From: Paramoeba atlantica
Lineage: Eukaryota; Protista; Discosea
Direction of reading: 5' to 3'
Length of the DNA: 64,000 nt
Assembly: GCA_977017575.1 (NCBI GenBank)
Contig: CDRNVI010000148.1
Coordinates: forward strand, 1-64,000
The position numbers were made by a program, and so were the translations under genes. Positions within the stretch are counted from its first letter, which is position 1; each line of letters opens with the position of its first letter. The notes beneath the pieces were generated by a model. That model had not been told where the DNA came from. It saw nothing but the letters and a program-made list of their open reading frames with translations, and ran no database searches. Below, piece by piece: positions 23,231 through 34,064 of the stretch.

Positions 23231-23728
23231 TGCTGTGGGTTTGCGAAAGGGTTGGCACCATACAACAAGTGAGAGATAGGAAAATTGGTTTGTGGTCAAG
23301 ATTTTGGAGATTCTGTGGTGATTCATTTGTTCTTGAAAGTTTGGTCTGCTTGTGCTGTTGTGATCAGAAATTCCTTGAGAGTTTCTGTTCCCTGCAAATC
23401 TTTGAGAAGGAACAAATATCGTGAACAAATAATTAAAATTACTTGCAAAAATTCCAATTTTCAGCATCTACAAACTCTTGACTACTCTCCACCAGACCAA
23501 AAGATCTCATCAACACTCAGAGTGTGGTTCCACCCTGAAACAACCCCCACCCTCTCCCCTCTTTCATTGTCCTCCAAACACTGGTGGAGTTCTGCAGTGA
23601 AAACACACTTGAAATTGGATCTTCTGTAGTTTTTGGTTTCCCTTTCTTTTTTTTCTTAAAATTAGTGCCACTATTCTCAGTTGACTGAACTTCCCTCTCC
23701 TTTTTCACAGCGTTTCCAAGAGAGAAAA

Positions 23729-26700
23729 ATGGATTTAATCCCTGATGGACTCCCAAAGAAACGTGAGTTTCTTGTTGTTTACCAATACCTTGCGCTGACC
23801 CTTTACCATCATTTTGACAAGTTGAGTGAGGATGAGAAGGAGTATGATGCGATCTCATTTAATGAGATTGTCGCGAAATGTTCTCAATGTTGCCCAGAGA
23901 TTCGATCAATTGAGAGCGCAAAATTTTCCACTTATATCCCACCATTGATATCTAAACTCTTTGATGTCAAAAGGGTGAGGAACTGGAAAAAATACCCTCT
24001 GAAACATTCCACTGGAATCAAACCAAGATTGGATCCCTTTATCCAATCATTTTGTCATCATCTTCTAAAAAGAACTTGGAAGCAAACAACTTTGTTTGAA
24101 GTTGGGTTGCCACCACCCAGAAGGTAAGTGGTGTTCTTTTCTTTTTTAGTGTTCACTGAGAGTGTTTTTTGAGAAAAAAAAGTGTATTTGAGGGGAAAAA
24201 TGAAATATTTTTCTTACCCCCATTTTTCTTTTTTAGAAGAAGGAAGAAACATCAGAAGGTGGGGCTTGCCCATGACAGGAGTGAGTTGAGTCCTGAACCA
24301 ATGATGATTACAAAGGAGGAGGAGAAGCCATTATTCTTTTCCCCCTTTTTTGAGTTTATTGATGATCATCACCATGATTTGTGCCCTGGAATCTCTGATA
24401 CTGCAACAGTTGTTCAGAATGCACAAAGAATTGCAGATTCTGATGGAGTTGTGAAGCGGAAATATATAGCGGAGAAATCGAAGTCTGGGTCCAGAGTAAT
24501 TGGAGTTCTTCAAGCTGGAAAACTTTTTTTTTCATTTTGTGAACGGGTTCTCTTTTTTTATCTATTTCTTTTTATTGATAAAATATTTATTGATGAGGGA
24601 TGATTTGTGTGATGATGATGATGGAATGGGGATAGTGTGTGTGGTGGATAGGAAAAGAAATATTTACATTTTTTTTCTTTTGATTCTGTGAAGGTTCGTC
24701 AAGAAGGTAGTTCTTCAGCTGCAGGTCGCTTTTGTCCCTCATGTCACCAAGCAATCCAATACTTGAAAAAGTGGAATGCAAATCAAGAATATTTAATGGT
24801 ATGTGTTTGTCTTTTTTTTTTGAGATCTTTTTAAAAAAATATCATCCTGTATGATAAAAAAGTAAAGATTTTTTAACTGACTTTATTTTGCTTGTGTTCC
24901 AATAGAAGAACCAAGAACAGCCTCCAGCCTCTTGTCATCCTCTCTCTCTTCTTGTACATCAAGTCATTGAACAGTATGGTGATGAATGGGTGAACTCCTT
25001 CAATGGGAAATTTATTCAAACCCAACTTGAGGTGCTTTTGAACAATACTCCAAATGGAAATCGATGGGACCAAGAGATTTTAAATTTCTTTGCAACACTT
25101 CAGTTTTATGGGGGTAAGCGAGTGATTAATCTTTTGCGTGGTAAAGGATGCGAGGGAAAAAAAGGGGATTTTCATTATGATCTTAAAACAACAAACCTCT
25201 GTATTCCAGCTGATTCAACTCTCCGTCGACTCATTCCTCCTGTTGAGCCTTATCAATGGTTTGATGATAAAGGTGCTCAAGTTACCCAACGGATTCAGAT
25301 CCTTGTTCAAATGCTCAAAAAACAACGAATCGATGGTCATGATCTTCAAGGAGGTGGGCTCATTTGTGATGAAATGGAGATCAGATCTGGTCTTGTATAT
25401 TTACGTACATCAGGACGGTTTGTGGGTCTTGTTGACAAATATTTAAAAGATTGCGAATTGGATCCAAATCTATTGGTTGACTATACACCAGAACTTGCAA
25501 AAAAGGTTTTTTTTGTTTTGTTTTCCAAATAATTGTTTTCATAAATCCTTAAAAATATACACAAACAAAAAACTAAAACTAAAACACTAGTTGTTGTTGT
25601 TTGTGTGTTTCTCTCTTTTTCTTTTTCTTTTGTTTTAAAACAAAAGTATTAATAGGTGTGTCAAATTTTTTTTATTTCGAATTGTGGTACCATTGCATTC
25701 CCAGTTACATTTATTCCAACAATATCGCTGACAGGGACCCAGCTGTTTGAAGTGTTTACAAAGATCTCAAATGAAATGAAGGAAAAGGAAATCGTTGTTA
25801 TGTGGACCAGCTCTGATGGATTTTCAGGTTCTCTTGATTATTCAACGAAAATGAAGGATGTTTTACATTTTTTTGATTATGTTCATCTGGTCAAGAATGG
25901 TCGAAATAACTTACTCAATCGACTGATTCAAATTGATGGAGAGAAATTTTTGATGAAAACCCTCTCGAACTGGTGGTCCAATTCCGTTGAATTACAACTT
26001 GCTTTGAAGTTAGATGATATATGTCCATCAGATAAGCAAAATCTTGTCCCTGTGATGAATTTGCTCCGTGCTGCCACCAAAATCAAGGAATTTGGTCAGA
26101 ACACTGCGAATGAAAGGGAAAAAAAGAAAGTCTTTGCTCTTGTCAAGTATCTTGAAATGTTGCTTTGTCTTCATGATCTTTTTTCAAACAACTCTTGGGA
26201 CATTGATTGTAAGATTGAGACAGCAACAGGATTGATAAAACGACTCGAGACCTACCAGGCCCAATCAAAAAGACAGTTTACAACCACAGAGTTCTTTAAC
26301 CAGGTATTTTATTTTCTTTCAATTGATTTATTATTTATTATTTAATTAAATGAATTACATGACACACCACACACTCTCTTTTCAACTTTTGTGGTCTAAT
26401 TGTTTTCCCAAAAATTGTTTTTGCAAAAATGTTAATTATATCTTTTTTTTTTCTTTTTCAATAGACTCTTCAGACTTTAAACAACTTAGTCACCTTTTTG
26501 AAGAAAGAAGATGTGTATTTTATGACCCATCGAAGAACATCAATGTTAGGAACCAATTTGTGTGAAAATCACTTTTCTGTGATTCGAAGCAAGGTTTTTG
26601 TTTATTTATTATTTTCTTTTCTTCTTTTTTCTCTTTTACACCTTCTTTTCTTTTATGTTCTTTTCTCCAATATTTTTTCCCCTCTTCCTCTCTTTTTGTT

Positions 26701-29631
26701 TACCTCCTCTATCCTTTGGTCATTTTTCTTTCATCTTATATCATTTTTCTTTGTGTTTTCTTTTGTTTTTTTGTCTTTTTCTACAGATCCGATACCCATC
26801 TCTTTATGAGTATGCTTTTTTAGAGTCACATGGATGGATTGAATTGATCAAAAAATTCTCCCCAAATCGGTTGTATGCCATGCCCAAACGCACTCTTGGC
26901 AAGAAATCTGCTTTGAAGTATAATGACCAAACAGGAGTTATCTTTGATTTCTCTGAGCTTTCTTCGTTGATTTCTTATACTAAGGAGAAAAGAAAAAAAT
27001 CTTCTTCTTCTCTGTTTCCATCTGCAACTCCAGAGCAAGTTGCTCTTGCTAAAATGATTGCTGATGCATACCGTTGCACCCGAAAAAGATTGACAACTCG
27101 ACAAATGACCTGCTTAGTTGTTGGAGGTGATGAATCACATCGAATTGTTCAAACGCTTCAAACATCTGATTCTTTCCCATCACAACTTTATCCATGTCCA
27201 TGGGAAGATTGCCCAAAGCAAGTTTGGATTTTTTTTTTTTTTTTCAAGAAGGAAAATTCAAGAATTTTTTTCTTTTTTTTTTTCTAATACAATAATTATT
27301 AACAGTACCGATTTCTTGGCTATTTAAATAACCATCTTGTTAAAAGACATAGTGGTGAACATCCATTTCCAACTGAAACATCAAAGAATTCAAATGTCAC
27401 TCTTACTCCTCCAAATGAACCAGACTTCTCAAGCCTCGAAGGACAAGTGGTTGAAATTGAGGACAGATCTTGTGAAAGTGTGGTTGAAATTGAGGATGCA
27501 TCTTGTGAAAGTGTGGAGGAATTTTGTAAAAGTGTAGTTGGTAAAAAGGATGATAACTGTTTTGGTGGGTTTGTTGTTTGGGATGGTGAGACAACAGGTA
27601 AAACGAAGGGAAGTAATAAGCAATCATTTGTTTCTCTTGCCCTTGTTGCTTGGAAATTTGGAGAGTCATCCAAAAAAAAACTTGAATTTCATGAAGCAAT
27701 TAATCCAGGTATTTTTTCTTCTCCTCTCTCTTCTCTCTTCTCCTTTTTTCTCTTTTTTCTTTTTAATTAGAAATACAACTCACAATACCAAAAACAATAG
27801 GGGAGGAGATTCCAATAACTTCCCAGGCTTACAACATTCACGGATTGTCACATCAGTTTCTCCGAAAAAGGGATACATTTGATCAAGTCTTTCCTCGATT
27901 TTTTCGATTTTTAAATCTTCTCCGGACAAAAGAAAAACCACTTGTGATGATGATTGCTCATAATGGTAAGGGTTGCGATGAACCAACATTGAAGAATGAC
28001 TGTCAGCGTTATGGGATTCAGGTTCCTTCATTTGTACGATTTTTTGATAGCAAGGAGTTATATTTCGAGATTGGACGAGACAAAGGCTCTTTGGATCGTT
28101 ATCCAAAATGGAGTGTCGACCATATTTGTACAACATTTTCGATTGATAGATCATTACGGGGAAAATGCCATGATGCTTTACTTGATGCACGGGTTCAACT
28201 GAAAATTGTTGAATTTCTTTATGAAAAATACAAAACCGAAAATGCGAAACTCAAAATTCACCTGGTCCAAAATGCACCAAATGAAGAATATCGCCAAGCC
28301 ACATCATCTGATGCCAGGAAACCTGACGAGAGAATTTTAAAGAGGGTACTGCCAGAATTATCCCTTTCTCAATTTTTGGTGGATTTTTATGTTGAGAAAA
28401 AAATTGTAAGAAGGGAGGGGAAAGGGAAGAAGAGGGAGAACAAGGTGAAGAAAGAAGAGAAGGAGAAGGAGAAGGAGAGAGAGAAAGGGAAGGAGGAGGA
28501 AGGAAAGAGGAAGAGGAAGAGGGAGGAAAGTAAAACAACTTGGGAAAGTGAGAGAGAAGAGGAGAAGGAAAGAGAAAGGGAAAGAGAGAGGAAAGAGAGG
28601 GAGAGAGAGAGGGAGGGAGAGAGAGAGAAAAAAAAAAGAGAGAAAATCAAGAGAGAAAAAGAGAAAAAAGTAAGAGAAAAAAAGGAAAGGCAGAGAGAGG
28701 GAGAGAAAAGGAATTTCACAACAGGGCTGCGTAAATATTCAGAACAACTGAACTTTAAAAAATCGTATTCTTTTTTGGTTGGTTTCTCATTTTTCTCTTC
28801 TCTTTTTTCTGTTATCTGCTCACCACAAATAAAATAGCCTGAAACGGAGAAGTTTTTATCCTCTGACCCACAAAAAAGAATTTTACTGTACCCTAATCTC
28901 GATAGGTCTTCTGTTGAAATTTTCCCAAAGGATCTCAATAGTTTGGTATCTAACGCTTATTTGAATGATTCACTAATTGATTTCTACTTGAAGTATTTGA
29001 TGAAAGTATTTGTTTTTTCATTTTTTTACTTTTTAAAGGGTTTTTTTTTTTAAAGGGTTTTTTTTTTTAAAGGGTTTTTTTTTTTAATTTTATTTTGTAG
29101 AACAAACAAACAACTGCCTTCTCATTTCTCTGTCTCTCTACATTCTTTCTCACCAAGTTGGAGAATTTGGAACACGATTATTCAATTCTTTCACGCTGGT
29201 TCTTGGACTATGATAAAATCGACTATTTGTTTCTTCCTTTCAACATTAAGGATTCCCATTGGTCTTTATTCGTTCTTAGTATCCCAGAACAAAAAATGTG
29301 GCACCTTGATTCAATGAGAGGGTTTTTGTCACACCGTGTCGACACTGTTATTGAAAAAATCAAGAAGCTTTTTCAGTCAAACTTTCTTCCCAAGAGATTG
29401 GGGAGATTGGAAAGATTGGAAGTGGTGAAACCCATTGTACCCCAACAGGAAAATGATGTGGATTGTGGAGTCTTTGTCATGAAATATGTTGAGGAATTTC
29501 TGTTGCATTTGAGCCAGGAGGAAAAACCAGATAGTTTTCTGACTCAATCATGGTTCACCAAAAACAAAGAACGTTCAGAAGTCTCCAATCTTATTGTTTC
29601 ACTTGCAGCTGAGAAAAATCAGAGCCAATAA
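23729..29631 (+). CDS. P-element-family DDE transposase fused to C2H2 zinc finger, DEDDh 3'-5' exonuclease and Ulp1/SENP (C48) protease; ~1,566 aa, 11 exons
   Basis: Exons 23729-24123, 24237-24546, 24694-24798, 24906-25505, 25656-26303, 26465-26593, 26787-27221, 27306-27708, 27801-28777, 28838-29005 and 29101-29631 join in frame (4,701 nt). Transposase: NGNRWDQEILNFFATLQFYGGKRV, ICDEM, SSDG, DYVHLVKNGRN, NLCENHFSVIR. Finger: CPWEDCPKQYRFLGYLNNHLVKRH. Exonuclease: WDGETTG, AHNGKGCD, HDALLDA. Protease: LNDSLIDFY, SHWSL, HLDSM, PQQENDVDCG. An extra upstream exon is possible. Confidence 0.88.
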
Positions 29632-29685
29632 AACCACAGAAACAAACACAACCCAAACCATTTTTTTCCTCTTTTTATTTTATTT

Positions 29686-30654
29686 TTATTTTTTGGAGAA
29701 AGGAGAGGTTGTTGAGGAGGAGGAGAGTTTGTTACAATAAGAAGGACAAGAGGGGGTTTGTTCCCCCACTTTCTCTCTCTTTTTCAGTGGAGGAGGTACA
29801 GGGATGGTCAGAGCTTCAATTTTCTCCCGGCAAAGAGTGTTTGGATCAACACCAAAAAGTCGTAAATAAGATCGGTGGATAATAAAAAGGCCAACCAATC
29901 TATCGGTTGCAGAAACAGACAAAACATCTTCCAAACTATCGTCATAACCTTCTTCTGTTCCATGACACAGTTGGTCAGTGTCCAAAATGAGAACATCCCC
30001 AATTTTTAAATTAAAAGCAAGATCAATACCCCCAATCTCAAGCCCACCTTGTTGGTCATCATCCAAATGGATCATAACCAAAACAGAAATAAAATCATTC
30101 CTGTCGTAATGCATAATTGATCTTCCAGCAGGACACATAAATAAGTGAAAGATTCCAAAATTTCGTTCCAGCAAGTTGTTTTCCTCTAAACAATTCCAAA
30201 TATCTGGTCGATATCTTTGAACCCTCTGAGAAAGTGTTCGCCCAAGGTTTTCAAGACAAGGTTGCAGAACTGGCTTCACTTCAGCTTCATAACGCCCCCC
30301 AATTCCAGCAGGGTGGATCGTGGAGTGACCTCGTTGCCTCCATTCACCACAAAACATAAAGGCTCTCTCCCCTCTTGTTGGGTCATTTGAATGATCCCAA
30401 TGTGTCTCACGACAGGCCAACAGAGCTTGTTGAAAATCCTTCATTTCATCGCGAGTAAATACTTCCTTGAGAAAATGGGCCCGATAACACCACTTTCCCT
30501 GTCGCTCAACTTGTAAATAAGCTGAGCTATTAACACGAAGACAATTTGGGTTGGGCTCCCATGTTGGCTTTGTATTCGTTTTTAGATATCGTACCAGTCT
30601 GAGAAGTCCTGACCTCTTCTTTCTTTTCTTTTTTTGAATGGGAGAGTCTTCCAT
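29686..30654 (-). CDS. TET/JBP-family 2-oxoglutarate/Fe(II) dioxygenase (Naegleria Tet-like); intronless, 322 aa
   Basis: HxD motif MHYDRND; GGLEIGG..IGDVLIL strand pattern; distal His in LCHG; DRLVGLFIIHR resembling the TET RISLVFYQH strand with its 2OG-binding Arg. Confidence 0.8.
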   Translation of the reverse strand: MEDSPIQKKKRKKRSGLLRLVRYLKTNTKPTWEPNPNCLRVNSSAYLQVERQGKWCYRAHFLKEVFTRDEMKDFQQALLACRETHWDHSNDPTRGERAFMFCGEWRQRGHSTIHPAGIGGRYEAEVKPVLQPCLENLGRTLSQRVQRYRPDIWNCLEENNLLERNFGIFHLFMCPAGRSIMHYDRNDFISVLVMIHLDDDQQGGLEIGGIDLAFNLKIGDVLILDTDQLCHGTEEGYDDSLEDVLSVSATDRLVGLFIIHRSYLRLFGVDPNTLCREKIEALTIPVPPPLKKREKVGEQTPSCPSYCNKLSSSSTTSPFSKK

Positions 30655-30933
30655 GGATAATAAGGAGGGGGAGGAGGAAGGAGTTGTTCACGTTCTTGGT
30701 GAAAGAGTTGTAGAGTCAGAAAAACTAAAAATGATTGCGATTTAATCGTCAAAGACTTTCTCTTTGTTTCTCTACACAGCAGCTTCCACAAGAAAAATCA
30801 CAAAACTCAAAAAAAAAAACAAAGAAAAAAGTCACGACTTCAAATTTTTTTGAAAATTAGGACATCCTCAGGACCTTTTCCTTCCAGATGTCAAGAGGAG
30901 TTTTTGGAAATTTCGAACCGTGGAGTTTTGGAG

Positions 30934-30949
30934 GAGTTAGAACCCCGTG
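30934..30949 (-). repeat. Right terminal inverted repeat (16 bp)
   Basis: GAGTTAGAACCCCGTG, exact reverse complement of 22988-23003. Confidence 0.85.
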
Positions 30950-31733
30950 AAATTTTTGGACGAGTTTTTTGTGTGTTGTTTGGCACGAGAAGAGTTTCTC
31001 TCTCTCTCTCTCCGCTCTCTTGTTCTTCTTCAAGGGTGCTTGTTTCTCGGTCTTGCTTCAAACATTGCTGGGGAGAAGGTGGTTGATATGTAGTCTTTGT
31101 ACTTTGCCAGTCTTCCAGAGTGGGCGCACAAGCAAGGGGGTGGTCGCACTTGTCTTGCCGGTTGATGCTGCTCCGAAAAGATTGAATGGGCGATCTTGGG
31201 GGGCGATTTTACTGTTGTTCAAGGTCCTTCACTCGTCTGTTCGGATGGTTCTCAACCAGAGAGGTTTTCGGGATACTTGAGAGACACTTTTTTGACAGTG
31301 TTGAATTTTTTCAGGTGCTCTCAGTCGGTCTTCTGCAAGGTCCTCTCTCTTTTCGGAACCTGGGGGTCGGTTTGGAGCTGATAGGGCGGTTACCTTCGAG
31401 CTGCTTGAGGTCATCATGCCACCAGTGTTTGTTGCCGTCAGAGATGGGGGACGAGAGGTGTGGATCCTATCTCCCCAAGCAAGATGGTTCACTGATGTCC
31501 AATCACCAGATAAGAACGAAGGATACGCCCCCTCTTCCTTGTGATTTTTTTTGAACTCATCTCTTTTGAACTAATTTTCACATCAGACGCAAAAAGCCAA
31601 AAAATTTCGGAAACATCATAAATTTTCGTGGGATATCATTGAAATTTCGATGAGTTTTCGGGAACGTCAAGACGTTGGGGTTGGAACGTTCATTTTTTTG
31701 GTTTTTGTTTTCGGAGAGGAATGAGACGTTTTC

Positions 31734-32126
31734 CTACTGTTTCACTTTCCAATTGAAAAAAATTTCGCTGACAGCCAAGTTGAACGTGATCCAAAAGAAA
31801 AAAGGTAAATCAAAATGAAAATCGATCTCTCGAGCGAACAAGAAGAGAGGAGCGTACGTTCCAACAAACGAGATGAACACAGTTATTAAAAAGAAGGAGA
31901 GAAGATGAAAATCTGAATATCCATTCAAATGAAGAACCTCTCGATTGTAATGAGGATTATCAGAAACGAGAAAATCTCCAATGACAAAACCAGTGTACAA
32001 AAACAGAAGGTGAAAGAAAGTTTTGATTGGTTCGAATCCAAAATAATAAGGAAAACAAAGACTGTAAATCCCAGAAATGATGGTTAAAAGTGTGAAAGTC
32101 CAACTAACCAACCGTCCAGCACCCAT
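31734..32126 (-). CDS. Small multi-pass membrane protein, unknown function
   Basis: 130-aa ORF MGAGRLVSWTFTLLTIISGIYSLCF.. with about four hydrophobic segments. Confidence 0.6.
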   Translation of the reverse strand: MGAGRLVSWTFTLLTIISGIYSLCFPYYFGFEPIKTFFHLLFLYTGFVIGDFLVSDNPHYNREVLHLNGYSDFHLLSFFLITVFISFVGTYAPLFLFAREIDFHFDLPFFFWITFNLAVSEIFFNWKVKQ

Positions 32127-32219
32127 TTTTGTTGATGTTTTGGGGGAAGAAAACAAAAAACAAAAAACAAAAGGGAAAAAAATAAAAGTTTTTTTAGTTG
32201 TTTCACTCAATTTATTTTT

Positions 32220-33515
<1,296 letters not shown>

Positions 33516-34064
33516 TCACAGAAGAAGAGAACAATAATCTCCCACAACCAAATCTGCTCCATCAAAACAGAAAGAGGGAAAAGCATCTCTTGAATAGACG
33601 AGGATATGGATTTACAAATGTGCAAAAATGTGATTATGGTTCTTCGTGATCAACAATGTGACTATTCCAATGGATAACTTTAAGCTAGCAACGTACATAC
33701 CCAAGTGATTTCTTCGGAGGTGCAAGCCTCTCCCGAAGAAGGTTTCTTGGTTCGTTGAACTGAGGGTCTTTCTTCAAACCTTCACCCACCTTAAATAATT
33801 TTCCATAACGCGCCGTCACATTTGTTGTTCACTTTTTGCTTTTTTTTTTTTTTGGAAAGCAAAGAAAGAAAATCGCTTTCGTTCTGATGCACAGGGAGAG
33901 AGGAGAGGAGAGAGAAAAAAGAGAAAGAAATCCAAAAAAGGTTCACTCTTCTGATTTGAAAGATATCATCTTCATGATTAATTTTATTCTTTTGTCTCCT
34001 CGACCAAAAAGATTCTGTACACTGAAAAAAAGGGGGGTTTCCTTTCAAGAAAAGATCTCTCTCA

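Larger units (their letters stand above)
22988..30949. mobile_element. P-element-like DNA transposon (7,962 bp) carrying a multidomain transposase gene and a TET/JBP dioxygenase
   Basis: Perfect 16-bp inverted termini CACGGGGTTCTAACTC (22988-23003) / GAGTTAGAACCCCGTG (30934-30949) enclose exactly the transposase gene and the TET/JBP gene. No target-site duplication was seen. Confidence 0.82.

Noticed and set aside
23420-23630. Possible extra 5' exon of the transposase gene
   Set aside because: The frame is open but neither an initiating ATG nor a donor could be fixed, so it was left out of the model.
23870-24065. Possible THAP domain (CSQC...FCHH) at the transposase N-terminus
   Set aside because: The spacing does not fit the C2CH CxxH signature or the AVPT box, so it is not claimed without profile search.
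22967-30960. TTTTTGGA in both flanks of the element as a candidate TSD
   Set aside because: It is offset from the termini (ends 13 bp before the left TIR and starts 3 bp after the right TIR), and is low-complexity in T-rich DNA.
32029-32039. GGTTCGAATCC, a tRNA T-loop-like motif
   Set aside because: It lies within the antisense of a membrane-protein CDS, and no acceptor, D or anticodon stems are visible. No tRNA, rRNA or other ncRNA gene could be supported in the window.
33540-33830. Non-repetitive stretch between G-alpha and polyubiquitin with a short minus-strand frame (ARYGKLFKVGEG..)
   Set aside because: No start codon or consistent splice path was found. It may be UTR or a small unresolved gene.
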